A stretch of DNA of 64,000 nucleotides from assembly GCA_963719585.1 (NCBI GenBank), contig CAVRCM010000003.1:1012721-1076720 (forward strand). Direction: 5' to 3'. The translations under genes and the position numbers were made by a program. This DNA is from an uncultured Acidobacteriaceae bacterium. Its GTDB lineage: Bacteria > Acidobacteriota > Terriglobia > Terriglobales > Acidobacteriaceae. Below, one piece after another: positions 9,429 through 19,549 of the stretch (position 1 is the first letter of the stretch; each line of letters begins with the position of its first letter). The notes beneath the pieces were generated by a model. The model was not told where the DNA came from. It did no database searches and worked only from the letters and a program-made list of their open reading frames with translations.

Positions 9429-10439
9429 ATGGCAATCAAAGTTGGCATCAACGGTTTCGGACGCATCGGCCGCAATGTTTTGCGGACTTCTCTCAACGAT
9501 CCCAACCTGGAATTTGTGGCAGTCAATGATCTCACCGATCCCAAGACGCTGGCGCATCTGCTGAAATACGATTCCATTCTCGGCAATCTGCCGAACAAAA
9601 TCAGCGCGACAGCTGACAGCATTACCATCGACAACAAAACCATCAAGGTGTTTAAGGAAAGAGATCCGGGTGCGTTGCCCTGGGAATCCGTGGGCGCGCA
9701 AGTGGTGATCGAATCGACCGGACACTTCACCGACGCCAACGACGCCAAGAAGCACATGCGCGGTTCGGTGAAAAAGGTAATCATTTCCGCTCCGGCGAAA
9801 AATGAAGACATCACACTCGTTCTCGGCGTGAACCAGGAAAAATATGATGGCGCCAAGCACCACATTATTTCGAACGCCTCCTGCACCACGAACTGCCTGG
9901 CGCCAATCGCCAAGGTGATCAACGACGCATTCAAAATCGTCAGCGGGACGATGACGACGATTCACTCTTACACCAACGATCAGGTCATCCTCGACTTTCC
10001 CCACAAAGACCTGCGGCGGGCGCGGGCGGCGGCGATCAATATGATTCCCACGTCTACGGGCGCGGCGAAGGCCTTGAAGCTGGTGCTGCCAGAGCTCGCC
10101 GGCAAGCTCGATGGATTCTCCATGCGCGTACCGACGCCGAACGTTTCGGTAGTCGATCTGGTGGTCTGGGTTGAAAAGAAGACGACCAAAGAAGAAGTGA
10201 ACGCGGCGCTGAAGAAGGCATCGGAGAGCGGGCCGCTAAAGGGGTATCTGGGCTACGAAGAGAACGAACTGGTATCGTCGGATTTCAAAGGCGATCCGCG
10301 TTCTTCGATCGTTGATGCGCCCACAACTCTGGTGGTCGGCGGCAATTGCGTCAAGGTAATCTCCTGGTATGACAATGAATGGGGATACTCGTCGCGCGTG
10401 CGAGACCTGATTCACTACATCGCCGACAAGGGCCTGTAA
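9429..10439 (+). CDS. gap: Type I glyceraldehyde-3-phosphate dehydrogenase
   Basis: [17 protein letters not shown], the active-site [12 protein letters not shown], and [17 protein letters not shown] precedes the ATG. Confidence 0.97.
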   Translation: MAIKVGINGFGRIGRNVLRTSLNDPNLEFVAVNDLTDPKTLAHLLKYDSILGNLPNKISATADSITIDNKTIKVFKERDPGALPWESVGAQVVIESTGHFTDANDAKKHMRGSVKKVIISAPAKNEDITLVLGVNQEKYDGAKHHIISNASCTTNCLAPIAKVINDAFKIVSGTMTTIHSYTNDQVILDFPHKDLRRARAAAINMIPTSTGAAKALKLVLPELAGKLDGFSMRVPTPNVSVVDLVVWVEKKTTKEEVNAALKKASESGPLKGYLGYEENELVSSDFKGDPRSSIVDAPTTLVVGGNCVKVISWYDNEWGYSSRVRDLIHYIADKGL

Positions 10440-10450
10440 TAAAATTTGAA

Positions 10451-10478
10451 TTCCACCTCCGCGAAGGCGGAGGTGGAA
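10451..10478 (+). promoter_or_regulatory. Perfect 12-bp intercistronic stem-loop between gap and pgk
   Basis: ttccacctccgc-GAAG-gcggaggtggaa, with no U-tract after it. It lies 12 nt after the gap stop and 50 nt before the pgk ATG. Confidence 0.5.
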
Positions 10479-10528
10479 CCTGCTCGAACCTGTCTCTATA
10501 TCATCCGGCTAAAGGACGAACCAGCCAA

Positions 10529-11740
10529 ATGCCCAAGCTTTCCATCCGTGATCTACCCCTCAACGGCAACCGTATCTTCATGCGCGTCGACTTCAACGTT
10601 CCCCTCGAAGATGGACGCGTTATGGACGACACGCGCATCCGTGAGACCTTGCCCTCTATCGAATATGCGCTGCGGCACGGGGCGAGACTGATTCTCGCCT
10701 CGCACTTGGGACGTCCCAAGGGGAAGCCCAATCTGAAAATGAGTCTGAAGCCGGTGGCCGAGCGGCTGCGCATGGTGCTCGACAAGGAACTGGCGCGCGG
10801 CGAGAACGTCGGATTCTGCCCGGACTGCGTTGGTCCCGAAGCCGAAGAAGTTGCCACGCAACTGGAAAAAGGACAGACGCTGCTTCTGGAAAATTTGCGG
10901 TTTCACCCCGAAGAAGAAGCCAACGATGAAAAGTTTTCCCAGCAACTGGCAAGCTTGGCCGATTTCTATGTGAATGATGCGTTCGGTACCGCGCATCGCG
11001 CACATGCATCCACGGTAGGGATTACGAAGTTCGTGTCGAAATCAGCGGCTGGTTTACTGATGGAAAAAGAGCTGCAGTATCTGGGCAAGGCTCTGGAACA
11101 TCCTGAGCCGCCTTTCATAGCGATTCTCGGAGGCGCAAAAGTCAGCGACAAGATTGGCGTGATCCGCCATCTCATGGACAAGGTCGATTCACTGATCATC
11201 GGCGGCGGTATGGCTTATACCTTCCTCAAAGCCAAGGGACAAGAGATTGGAAAATCTCTGCTGGAGGCCGACAAAGTCGATCTCGCGCGGCAACTGCTGG
11301 AGGAGGCCAAGCAACGAAACGTGAACATTCTTCTTCCGATTGATCACGTGGTAGCCATGAAGCCTGAGGCCAACGCGGTGGTGCAGCAGATCGGCGAGGG
11401 CCAGCCAATTCCGGCCGACCGCATGGCGCTGGATATCGGTCCGAAGACGATCGAACTATTCTCGGAGGAAATTTCGCGGGCTCGCACAATTGTATGGAAC
11501 GGGCCGATGGGAGTGTTCGAAATTCCGGGATTTTCGCGCGGAACGTTCAAGGTCGCTCATGCGGTTGCGGAAAATGTGGGCGCAATCTCCATCGTTGGCG
11601 GCGGCGACACTGTGGCGGCGGTACATGCCGCCGAAGTCGCCGACAAGATCACTCACATTTCTACCGGCGGCGGGGCGTCGCTGGAATTTTTGGAAGGCAA
11701 GAAGCTGCCCGGGGTCGAGGCACTAACGGACAAAAAGTGA
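10529..11740 (+). CDS. pgk: Phosphoglycerate kinase
   Basis: [46 protein letters not shown] and [18 protein letters not shown]. The listed ORF start at 10379 is an upstream read-in. Confidence 0.95.
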   Translation: MPKLSIRDLPLNGNRIFMRVDFNVPLEDGRVMDDTRIRETLPSIEYALRHGARLILASHLGRPKGKPNLKMSLKPVAERLRMVLDKELARGENVGFCPDCVGPEAEEVATQLEKGQTLLLENLRFHPEEEANDEKFSQQLASLADFYVNDAFGTAHRAHASTVGITKFVSKSAAGLLMEKELQYLGKALEHPEPPFIAILGGAKVSDKIGVIRHLMDKVDSLIIGGGMAYTFLKAKGQEIGKSLLEADKVDLARQLLEEAKQRNVNILLPIDHVVAMKPEANAVVQQIGEGQPIPADRMALDIGPKTIELFSEEISRARTIVWNGPMGVFEIPGFSRGTFKVAHAVAENVGAISIVGGGDTVAAVHAAEVADKITHISTGGGASLEFLEGKKLPGVEALTDKK

Positions 11741-12358
11741 TCGCTCAGGATACGGGCGTGCAGGATTTCAAAATTCGACTGGTCCTCGAGCGCGGCAGGA
11801 CGATCGAGTTCCACGGGCCAGCCGATATCACTGCCGAGACGACCGACGCAATCGTCAATGCGGCAAACTCATCTCTTTTGGGCGGAGGCGGCGTGGACGG
11901 AGCGATTCACCGCGCCGGCGGACCTGCGATCCTCGCCGAATGCCGGAAGATTGTAGGCGAGATTGGGAGCCTTCCTGCCGGCAAGGCCGTTCTCACAACC
12001 GGCGGAAATCTTCCCGCTAAGTATGTGATCCACACCGTGGGCCCGGTCTATCGCGGAGGAGACCACGGAGAAGCTGAAAATCTGGCAAGTTGTCATCGGG
12101 AATGCATTCGCCTGGCCGATGAACACCGCCTTCAGTCCTTGTCCTTTCCTGCCATTTCGACGGGAGCATTCGGATACCCGGTTTCCGAAGCTGCGCTGAT
12201 CGCAATTTCTTCTACGCTTGAGGCTTTGACCTTGGCAAATCACGTAAATCAGGGTTCGATTCATCCTCTTCGATCTCGCGACATTGAACGCCTACTCCCG
12301 CGCCGCGCAGCAACTAAAATCCACTTCGTCACACAGAATCGAGAAGAGACCTTCATGA
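11737..12358 (+). pseudogene. Macro domain protein (O-acetyl-ADP-ribose deacetylase/ADP-ribose-binding type); frame break near 12244-12251
   Basis: GTG 11737 overlaps the pgk stop (GTGA). It carries [36 protein letters not shown] and [15 protein letters not shown]. After LANHV the expected C-terminus [23 protein letters not shown] appears in the +1 frame and ends at TGA 12356-12358, overlapping the tpiA ATG. Confidence 0.8.
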
Positions 12359-13104
12359 GAAAGAAAGTAATCGCCGCCAATTGGAAGATGTACAAAACTC
12401 CGGATCAAACTCGCGAGTTCTTCCGCGATTTTTTACCACTGGTGAGCGGCCATGATCGCGACGAGATCGTGGTCTGCCCTCCTGATATTGATCTGGCGGC
12501 GGCGGTGGAGGCAACAAAGGCCTCGAACGTGGCCATTGGCGGACAGAATGTGCATTGGAAATCGGAGGGGGCGTTTACAGGAGAAACTTCCGCGGCCATG
12601 CTGCTGGCAATTGGAGTAACGCATGTCATCATCGGCCATTCCGAGCGGCGGCAGTATTTCTGCGAGACCGACGACACGGTGAACCTTCGCCTGAAGGCAG
12701 CGCTGGAAGCCGGTCTCAAGCCAATCTGCTGCGTCGGTGAAGTGCTGGAAGAACGTGAAGCGGGACTGACCGATGATGTGCTGCGCCGCCAGTGCGTGCG
12801 GGCATTCCATGCCATTTCCGCCAAGAAAGCGGCGAATATGGTGGTCGCCTACGAGCCGGTATGGGCGATTGGCACGGGTAAAACGGCCACGCCTGAATTG
12901 GCCGCGGAAGCGCACGCCGTAATCCGCCGCGAAGCCACGGAAATCTTTGGCGAGGAGTTCGCTGCGAAGCTCCGCATCCTCTACGGAGGCTCGGTCAAAC
13001 CCGACAATGCTTCGGCGCTTATGGCACAGGAAGAAATCGATGGCGCGCTGGTGGGCGGCGCATCACTCGATCCGAAATCATTCGCGGCGATTGTGAAGTA
13101 CTGA
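12355..13104 (+). CDS. tpiA: Triose-phosphate isomerase
   Basis: [38 protein letters not shown] and YGGSVKPDN. Its ATG sits in an ATGA overlap with the corrected macro-domain frame. Confidence 0.95.
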   Translation: MRKKVIAANWKMYKTPDQTREFFRDFLPLVSGHDRDEIVVCPPDIDLAAAVEATKASNVAIGGQNVHWKSEGAFTGETSAAMLLAIGVTHVIIGHSERRQYFCETDDTVNLRLKAALEAGLKPICCVGEVLEEREAGLTDDVLRRQCVRAFHAISAKKAANMVVAYEPVWAIGTGKTATPELAAEAHAVIRREATEIFGEEFAAKLRILYGGSVKPDNASALMAQEEIDGALVGGASLDPKSFAAIVKY

Positions 13105-13409
13105 CCGGATTGCCGCGAGAAACTGCACTCCGACAAGGCTCGATGGAATTTCCTTCCCCGCGAACTCTACCATTTTCCACACAATCGCTACTCTTGTGGT
13201 TCCTTAGGGTTTACAGCTTAGGGAGGATCCTGCATCCAAACCTGCTAACGCAAAGGCTTTGCGAAACTGTGTTCATTCCGTGAATGCTCGGCAAAAGCGC
13301 TCCAAAACTCGGTAGAAATACTCTGATATTCTGGAACTGCGGGAGCTGCCTCGCTCATTTCGCGAAGGGACGCAAACGATACAACATAAACTACTTATGC
13401 CGCATCCCA

Positions 13410-14048
13410 ATGAGTGCGGCCGGAAAAGACTATTTGACCGACCCACGACAGAAATCCAGCACTGAACTCAGCGAGGCCGAAGCCATCGAGCGGGCCAAGC
13501 AGGGGGACGCGGAAGCGTTTCAGGTGCTCTATGACAGGCATAAGCGTCGTGTGTATTCACTCTGTCTTAGAATGACGGCGAATACGGCTGAGGCGGAAGA
13601 CTTGGCGCAGGAAGCGTTTCTGCAGCTCTACCGCAAGATTGGAACATTTCGCGGAGAGTCTGCTTTTTCCACCTGGCTGCATCGGCTGTCGGTGAATGTC
13701 GTGCTGATGCATCTAAGGAAGAAAAGCCTTCCGGTGGTTTCGCTGGAAGAAGCCACGCAGGGTAGCGAGGACGACTTACCCAAGAAGGATTTTGGGGCGG
13801 ATGACGTGGCGTTGGCCGGATCGATCGACCGGTTGCAGTTACAGAGGGCAGTGAACGACCTGCCTCCCGGCTACAGAACGATTTTTGTCCTTCACGATGT
13901 AGAAGGATACGAGCATAATGAAATCGCCGGACTGGTGGGATGCTCGATCGGTAATAGCAAGTCACAATTGCACAAGGCGCGCATGAAGTTGCGCGACCTG
14001 CTCAAGATGAATAGAGCCGAAAAGGCCGTCAAGTCTCGAGCAGGTTAG
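13410..14048 (+). CDS. ECF-type RNA polymerase sigma-70 factor
   Basis: Region 2 ([38 protein letters not shown]) and region 4 ([41 protein letters not shown]). I prefer ATG 13410 over the listed 13284. Confidence 0.9.
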   Translation: MSAAGKDYLTDPRQKSSTELSEAEAIERAKQGDAEAFQVLYDRHKRRVYSLCLRMTANTAEAEDLAQEAFLQLYRKIGTFRGESAFSTWLHRLSVNVVLMHLRKKSLPVVSLEEATQGSEDDLPKKDFGADDVALAGSIDRLQLQRAVNDLPPGYRTIFVLHDVEGYEHNEIAGLVGCSIGNSKSQLHKARMKLRDLLKMNRAEKAVKSRAG

Positions 14049-14154
14049 TACGAGCAAAAAAGAAGAATAAGTAACGAGGAACATTGGTAACCTCGGCAGG
14101 GGCGTTTAAACTGCGGTAAAAGTTTGAATCGCAGTAGATTCGGGGAGAGGTCGT

Positions 14155-14772
14155 ATGAATTGCGTTGAGCTGCAGCAAAGCTTGGCGGAAGTGGAAGACG
14201 GAAGCACTCCGGAACAAAGCATTCATCTGCGAACGTGTCCAGCTTGTTCCGAGTTATTGGAAGAACTTAAGTCGATCGTCGCCACCGCGAGTGAATTGCA
14301 GGGCAGCGATGAACCCAGCCCGAGAGTTTGGAATTCCATTGAAATTGCGTTGCGGCAGGAAGGCCTGATCCGTCCACAACCTGCGGGCGGCCGATTCGAT
14401 CTGGCACCTTTTGTCGCCCGCTGGGGTTGGGCGCGGTGGCTGGTACCGGCGGCAGCGCTCCTGCTTCTTACCGTGGGAATCCGCGAACGGCGGCAATCCC
14501 TCCCCGAGCAGCCAAGTCAGCAAGCCACGCTGGTAGAGCCGGTCATGAACCAATCCGGGCTGAATGATGAGGACCTGCTGCAGGAAGTGTCCGACAATCC
14601 TCCCACCGTGCGAAGTCAATACGAAGAAAATTTACGGCGGGTGAATGATTCCATTCGCGATGACCAGATCGCGGTCAACGAAAGCCCGAATGATGAAGAC
14701 GCGCGGCGCGCACTAATGGACGCCTATGAGCAGAAATCCATGTTGTTCGAAATGGCGATGGACCGGCCTTAG
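14155..14772 (+). CDS. Anti-sigma factor (zf-HC2 type, single TM)
   Basis: N-terminal C-x26-H-x3-C-x2-C pattern (CVELQQ...HLRTCPAC) and a TM helix (WARWLVPAAALLLLTVG). It lies directly downstream of the ECF sigma gene. Confidence 0.75.
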   Translation: MNCVELQQSLAEVEDGSTPEQSIHLRTCPACSELLEELKSIVATASELQGSDEPSPRVWNSIEIALRQEGLIRPQPAGGRFDLAPFVARWGWARWLVPAAALLLLTVGIRERRQSLPEQPSQQATLVEPVMNQSGLNDEDLLQEVSDNPPTVRSQYEENLRRVNDSIRDDQIAVNESPNDEDARRALMDAYEQKSMLFEMAMDRP

Positions 14773-14802
14773 ACGCATCGGCCTTAGATGGATCGGCCTT
14801 GA
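14758..14802 (+). repeat. Three tandem 15-nt units, each ending in an in-frame stop
   Basis: ATGGACCGGCCTTAG / ACGCATCGGCCTTAG / ATGGATCGGCCTTGA. The first unit is the 3' end of the anti-sigma gene (..MDRP*). Confidence 0.8.
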
Positions 14803-14867
14803 TGGTGGAACTATTCGTGAAGCATTTACCGCAAAGTCAAAAGCACCTAGCGTGGGGGAAGTCACCT

Positions 14868-15731
14868 ATGTTGAGTAAACGCGCGGCAGGGCTGGCAACG
14901 GTCACCCTCATTCTGCTGGGGACGCTGGTGGCCGAAAGCAAGAAAGAGCTTCACTTCACGGTGGGACCGCGCGCCGGCGTATCCGTGATCAATCCTTATG
15001 GCTCGATTTCGGTGAAACCCTCTTTGGGGAACACGGTGATGGTAACCGCCATTCTGCACTCCGACAAAGTCGAAGTGGATAACAACCAGAGCGGTAATCG
15101 AGTGGATATTCAATCGCACCTGCTGCCTGGTGCAGACGCTAGCTCCGGACGCGTGGACTACGAAATCCTGGTCCCGGCCGATGCCAGCATCACTTTGCAT
15201 TCCAGCACCGGAACTCTGCATGCCGAGAAGCTGCACGGAGACGTCAATCTGGAAGGCCCCGGGGCAAATGTAGATGTTCGGGACATCTCCAACGCCCATG
15301 TGCATGTAAAGACCATGAACGGTGCGGTCAATCTGGACAACATCAAGAATGGGCACGTCGAGGTCGACTCGCTGAGTGGCGAAGTCACGCTGAATGGCGT
15401 GAACGGCTCGCTGGTGCAGGTGGTCTCGACCAGCGGCAGGATCAACTACATCGGCGATTTCGGCAACAGCGGCGAATACCGGTTGACCAGCCACAGCGGC
15501 GATATTGACGCCACCATTCCCGAATGGACCTCCGCCGACGTGAGCGCCCGTTCCGTCCGCGGCGAAGTACACGACGACATCCCTCTCCAGCCCAAAACAC
15601 ACACCTACTTTCCTCTCGACAAGGGACGTGCCTTCGCAGGTACGGTGGGCCGCGTGGCGGTCTCATCCACGGTGGTGTTACGCACCTTCAGTGGTAAAAT
15701 TCATCTCAGAAAACGCGCCGATAACCAATAA
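14868..15731 (+). CDS. DUF4097-family beta-strand repeat protein (putative adhesin-like, secreted)
   Basis: A signal-like N-terminus (MLSKRAAGLATVTLILLGTLVA) after GGGGGAAG. Repeated G-x-V/I-x-L/V strands follow (LHGDVNLEGPGANVDVRDI, MNGAVNLDNI, LSGEVTLNGVNGS). Confidence 0.8.
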   Translation: MLSKRAAGLATVTLILLGTLVAESKKELHFTVGPRAGVSVINPYGSISVKPSLGNTVMVTAILHSDKVEVDNNQSGNRVDIQSHLLPGADASSGRVDYEILVPADASITLHSSTGTLHAEKLHGDVNLEGPGANVDVRDISNAHVHVKTMNGAVNLDNIKNGHVEVDSLSGEVTLNGVNGSLVQVVSTSGRINYIGDFGNSGEYRLTSHSGDIDATIPEWTSADVSARSVRGEVHDDIPLQPKTHTYFPLDKGRAFAGTVGRVAVSSTVVLRTFSGKIHLRKRADNQ

Positions 15732-15806
15732 AAATTGAATAGCGAAAGCGGCGTCCCGGAGGTCGGCCAAATCGCAGGTATCGATTTATCTGGTCGCGGG
15801 CCCGAT

Positions 15807-16376
15807 ATGACCAGTCGCCATCCGGAGAAGCTGCACGCCATCATCCTGGTTGGATTCATGGGAGCCGGCAAAAGCACCGTCGGTCGCGCGCTCGCCGAGC
15901 GCCTGGGCTGGGCGTTTGAGGATCTCGACGACTGGATCGAACGGCGCGAAAAGCAAAAGATAACAGAAATCTTCGGTAATGCCGGGGAAGCCGAATTTCG
16001 TCGAGCAGAACACGAAGCTCTGAAAGAATTGCTGAAGGGGCTAAGCAGCGGTGCTGAGAAAGTAATAGCTTTTGGTGGCGGGGCTTTCGTTCAGCAATCC
16101 AATATCAGCTTGCTTGACGCGGCGAACCTTCCAACAATCTTTCTGGATGCGAGCGTCGAAGAACTTTTAGCGCGTTGTCAACGACAGTCGGAAACGCAAG
16201 CCATGGAGCGCCCGTTGCTGCGAACTCCGGACCACTTCCGGCAACTATACGAAAATCGGCGGCCCTACTATTTGCAAGCCAGATTCAGGCAAGAAACAGA
16301 TGGGAAAGAGGTTCAGGAGATCGTGACAAACGTGATTCAGGCTTTGGGTTTGCCCGACCGCAGGGGAACTCGGTAG
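15807..16376 (+). CDS. aroK: Shikimate kinase
   Basis: ILVGFMGAGKSTVGRALAERLGWAFEDLDDWIE and FRRAEHEALKELL. An internal ATG (15807) is preferred over the listed 15735. Confidence 0.85.
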   Translation: MTSRHPEKLHAIILVGFMGAGKSTVGRALAERLGWAFEDLDDWIERREKQKITEIFGNAGEAEFRRAEHEALKELLKGLSSGAEKVIAFGGGAFVQQSNISLLDAANLPTIFLDASVEELLARCQRQSETQAMERPLLRTPDHFRQLYENRRPYYLQARFRQETDGKEVQEIVTNVIQALGLPDRRGTR

Positions 16377-16400
16377 CGCTGAAGACGAGGAGAAAATGAA

Positions 16401-17147
16401 GTGACACGGATCGCGCACACACGGTGGGGAATACTAGCGATTTTGGCTTGCGCGGTTGTAGGTCACGCCGCCGACAAGAAAGTCAATGCGAAGCCGCCGG
16501 GTTCACAAACGGTCGATTCCGGTTCGTTTGGCATTTTTGTCAGAGGCCAGCGGGTAATGACCGAGACCTTCAGCGTGCAGCAGGATAACGGCGCGAGCAC
16601 GGTCAAGTCCCATCTGCAGGAAGCCGGCAATTCGAACGCGGGCCAAACCTCCGAACTCCAAATGACGGGGAGTGGAGAACTGATTCGTTATGACTGGAAT
16701 GATGGCAACAGTTCGCTGGTAGTCACGCCAAAGAACGAATTTCTCCTGGAAAAGATTTCAACTGGGGGGTCCTCCAAACCGGCTGAACAGCCGTTTCTGA
16801 TGCCAAATACCTCGGCGATTCTCGATAATAACTTCTTCGTTCAGCGTGAAGTGCTGGCCTGGCGTTACCTGGCAACCAACTGCCACACCGATAACGGTAC
16901 TCTAAAGTGCCAGCAAGGTCCGGTGGAGTTTGGCGTTCTGGTGCCGCAAGACCGCACGTCCATGCCGGTCCGCATGGAACTGGTAGGCAGGGAGAAGGTC
17001 ATGATTCGCGGGGCCGAGCATGAACTGCTGAGACTAAACCTGAAAGGCGAAGCCTTCAGCTGGAATCTTTGGGTAGATGATAAGGATCAGTTCAAACTTA
17101 TGCGAGTTCAGATCCTGGACGATAATACTGAGGTGGTGCGGGATTAA
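16401..17147 (+). CDS. Secreted hypothetical protein
   Basis: GTG start 8 nt after GAGGAG and a signal peptide (WGILAILACAVVGHAADK). I recognise no family. Confidence 0.6.
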   Translation: MTRIAHTRWGILAILACAVVGHAADKKVNAKPPGSQTVDSGSFGIFVRGQRVMTETFSVQQDNGASTVKSHLQEAGNSNAGQTSELQMTGSGELIRYDWNDGNSSLVVTPKNEFLLEKISTGGSSKPAEQPFLMPNTSAILDNNFFVQREVLAWRYLATNCHTDNGTLKCQQGPVEFGVLVPQDRTSMPVRMELVGREKVMIRGAEHELLRLNLKGEAFSWNLWVDDKDQFKLMRVQILDDNTEVVRD

Positions 17148-17199
17148 TGATGTCGCCATCACGCTCTGGGTTCGACTTGCGATGGATTGGAGAAACTAG

Positions 17200-18286
17200 T
17201 TGCCGCTGGCAGATGGACGCACGGCCCGGGTTATCATCACAGTGCTGCTTTTCGCGCTGGGTCTGGGGTTTCTCTACGCCGCCCGCCAGACCCTGATCGC
17301 GTTCCTGTTTGCGATTTTCTTCGCCTACCTGATGAGCCCCCTGGTTTCCCACCTGGAGAAACTGCTGCATGGCCGGGGCCGCGCCATCGCCGTAATCTAC
17401 GTGCTCTTGCTGGGACTGGTGGTCTTGTTCTTCGTCTACACGGGACCGCGGATTGGCCGCGAAAGCGCTCGCTTAGGTCAATCGCTACCCGCTCTTTCCC
17501 GGTTGAGTTCTGGACAGATCGCGCAACAATTAGGACAGGAACATGGCTGGAATACGCGCCTGGTGGAAGTCGCCCAGAACTATCTGGCCAGCCATAGTGA
17601 TGAGATCACGAAGCTCGCGCAGGCCGTGGGACTCTGGGTGGCGGATGTGGCAAAACAAGCGTGGCTGCTGGTGATAGTTCCCCTGTTGTCGATTTTCTTC
17701 CTGAAAGACGGCCGCTCTTTCAGCCAGGTTCTGCTCGATCTGGTACAGTCCAGGCCGCAGCGCGAACTTTTGCAGGGCGTGCTCAATGATCTGAACCAGA
17801 TGCTGGCGCATTTCATTCGCTCCCAACTCATTCTGGCTGGGCTTACGTTGGGCATGTATTCCGCCGTCTTAAGCATCATGGGGATGCCCTATGCCTTGGT
17901 ACTGGGAACATTAGGCGGATTGCTCGAATTCATTCCGGTGATTGGGCCGCTGGTGGCCGCGCTGCGTCATCGTCGGCGTATCCTTGTTGGTCGGCTTCCC
18001 TCACTGGCTCTGGCTGATAATTTTTCTGGGCGTATGGCGGCTGATTCAGGATTACGTTACCTCACCGCGCATCATGGGTCAGAGTGTGGAACTACATCCT
18101 TTGGCGGCAATTTTCGGAGTGATGGCGGGGGGCGAGGTTGCCGGGATCTTAGGAGTTTTTCTTTCCATTCCAGTGATGGCGAGCCTGCGCATTGTCTTCC
18201 GGCGCTGGCGGCTCTATGCCGAGAAGCGCAAGTTCGGCCCGCTTGATGAGTATGTGATCGACGGCCAGGTCAGAGCCAAAAAATAA
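17200..18286 (+). pseudogene. AI-2E (PerM/YhhT) family transporter; frame break near 17960-17968
   Basis: LLEFIPVIGPLVAA (ORF 17200) continues as VIVGVSLLVGFPHWLWLIIFLGVWRLIQDYVTSPRIMG...HPLAAIFGVMAGGEVAGILGVFLSIPV (ORF 17942). Confidence 0.8.
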
Positions 18287-18363
18287 GCCAGCCGGCGGCT
18301 CGCTGTGCCAGGCTGCCTTCCCTTCTGAATATTGAGAACGTCCGTATCTCCGGCCGGAGGTAC

Positions 18364-19386
18364 TTAACCCGCTGCTCCCACTGACTTATCGACACTCACA
18401 TTTCGAAGAAATTCCGCTGCCGCCTCAGGCAGCACGGTATTGATAAACATTCCTGAGCCCAGTTCGAATCCGGCGACGCGCGTGAGACGCGGAATCACAC
18501 TGACATACCAGTGAAAATGCCGCGCGCGAACGTAATCGGAAGGCCCACTCCGGATCGTAAAATTCAGGTCGGGATTCTCCAGCCCAACGTAAATCTTGGC
18601 CAGCAAGGTGCGCAAGACGTGGGCCAGGTCAGCGATTTCCGCGGAGGTTATTTCGCCGAAGCTCGCCATGTGGCGGAGCGGAAATATGTGAGTAGCGAAT
18701 GGAGTTGCGGAAGCGAACACCTCCATAGCCACAAACAGGTCGCTCTTGAGCACGATGCGCGACTGGTCTTCGATTTCGCTTTCCACCATATGGCAGAACA
18801 TGCATTCCCCGGCATCATCGAAATGGCGCAGAGCTTCGTGCAGTCGATGGCGCACCTGACTCGGGATTACGGGAGTGGCGATCAGCTGGGAATGCGGATG
18901 CTGCAGGCTGGCCCCGGCATCCGCGCCGTGGTTCTTGAAAATCGTCACGTGGTTGACCCGCTGGTCAGCACTGAGCGCATTGTACCGTTCCTTGTAGACT
19001 CCCAAAATCTTGCCCACGTGCTCATCCGGCAATAGAGCCATGCAACCGGAGTGGTCCGGCCCGTCAATAATCACTTCGTGAAAGCCAAAACCATCGATGC
19101 GGCGCCGCAAATGCTGCAGGCTGCGGGTCGGTTGCACTTCACTGGAAAGCGCGGCGAATTTATTGGGAATCACTCGCACCGCCCAGGGTTCCCCCTTATC
19201 TGCGGGAAAGCGCGTCACCTCCGGCGGAGTCTTACTTTCGTTTCCGGGACAAAACGGGCAAGTCTCCACAAAGTTCGGCATGTCTTGTTCCGCTCGATGC
19301 GTTGCCAACTCTTCCGGACGTTTGGCGCGCTCGGTGGCAATAATGACCCACTCTTTGGTGAAGAAATTCTGACGTAGCTCAGGCAT
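18364..19386 (-). CDS. galT: Galactose-1-phosphate uridylyltransferase (HIT superfamily)
   Basis: Zinc motif CPFCPGNE and active-site GASLQHPHSQLIA. 340 aa. Confidence 0.85.
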   Translation of the reverse strand: MPELRQNFFTKEWVIIATERAKRPEELATHRAEQDMPNFVETCPFCPGNESKTPPEVTRFPADKGEPWAVRVIPNKFAALSSEVQPTRSLQHLRRRIDGFGFHEVIIDGPDHSGCMALLPDEHVGKILGVYKERYNALSADQRVNHVTIFKNHGADAGASLQHPHSQLIATPVIPSQVRHRLHEALRHFDDAGECMFCHMVESEIEDQSRIVLKSDLFVAMEVFASATPFATHIFPLRHMASFGEITSAEIADLAHVLRTLLAKIYVGLENPDLNFTIRSGPSDYVRARHFHWYVSVIPRLTRVAGFELGSGMFINTVLPEAAAEFLRNVSVDKSVGAAG

Positions 19387-19549
19387 GTTGGTCCTCTGTC
19401 TTCCTATCGGCGTGTGAAGAAAAAACTGCAGCGACCGACAGCCTGCAACTTATATGGGCTGGTTAGAAGAGAACGCGGTTACTCTCGGCAAATCGATCCC
19501 AGCATCGCCTGATGTAGAATTCCAATATCGTTTTATGACCCCAAAACAT

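Noticed and set aside
9333-10004. 223-aa and 173-aa minus-strand ORFs opposite gap
   Set aside because: They are antisense shadows of a highly conserved GAPDH gene.
11494-13104. A single 536-aa ORF that looks like a Pgk-C-terminus/macrodomain/triose-phosphate isomerase fusion protein
   Set aside because: The first 80 codons are an out-of-frame shadow of the pgk 3' end. The macro domain has its own GTG at 11737. Its natural C-terminus and stop (TGA 12356-12358) are in the +1 frame, and tpiA has its own ATG at 12355. The apparent fusion is read-through created by one indel near 12247.
13343-13375. ECF-type autoregulated promoter (GGAAC at 13343) upstream of the sigma factor gene
   Set aside because: A -35-like GGAAC is present, but the sequence 16-17 nt downstream (CTCA) is not the expected CGT-type -10. 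Too weak to call.
14758-14802. Possible CRISPR or minisatellite
   Set aside because: There are only three 15-nt units with no spacers, and no cas genes anywhere in the window. The 24011-24098 element is a single palindrome, not an array of repeats and spacers.
14862-15602. 246-aa minus-strand ORF opposite the DUF4097 gene
   Set aside because: It is an antisense shadow. The plus strand has the signal peptide, the SD and the repeat structure.
19387-19549. Lysine riboswitch (L-box) upstream of asd/lysC
   Set aside because: I could not find the conserved L-box helices or core motifs by eye in the asd leader. The asd-lysC spacer is only 43 nt. A covariance-model scan would be needed to be sure.
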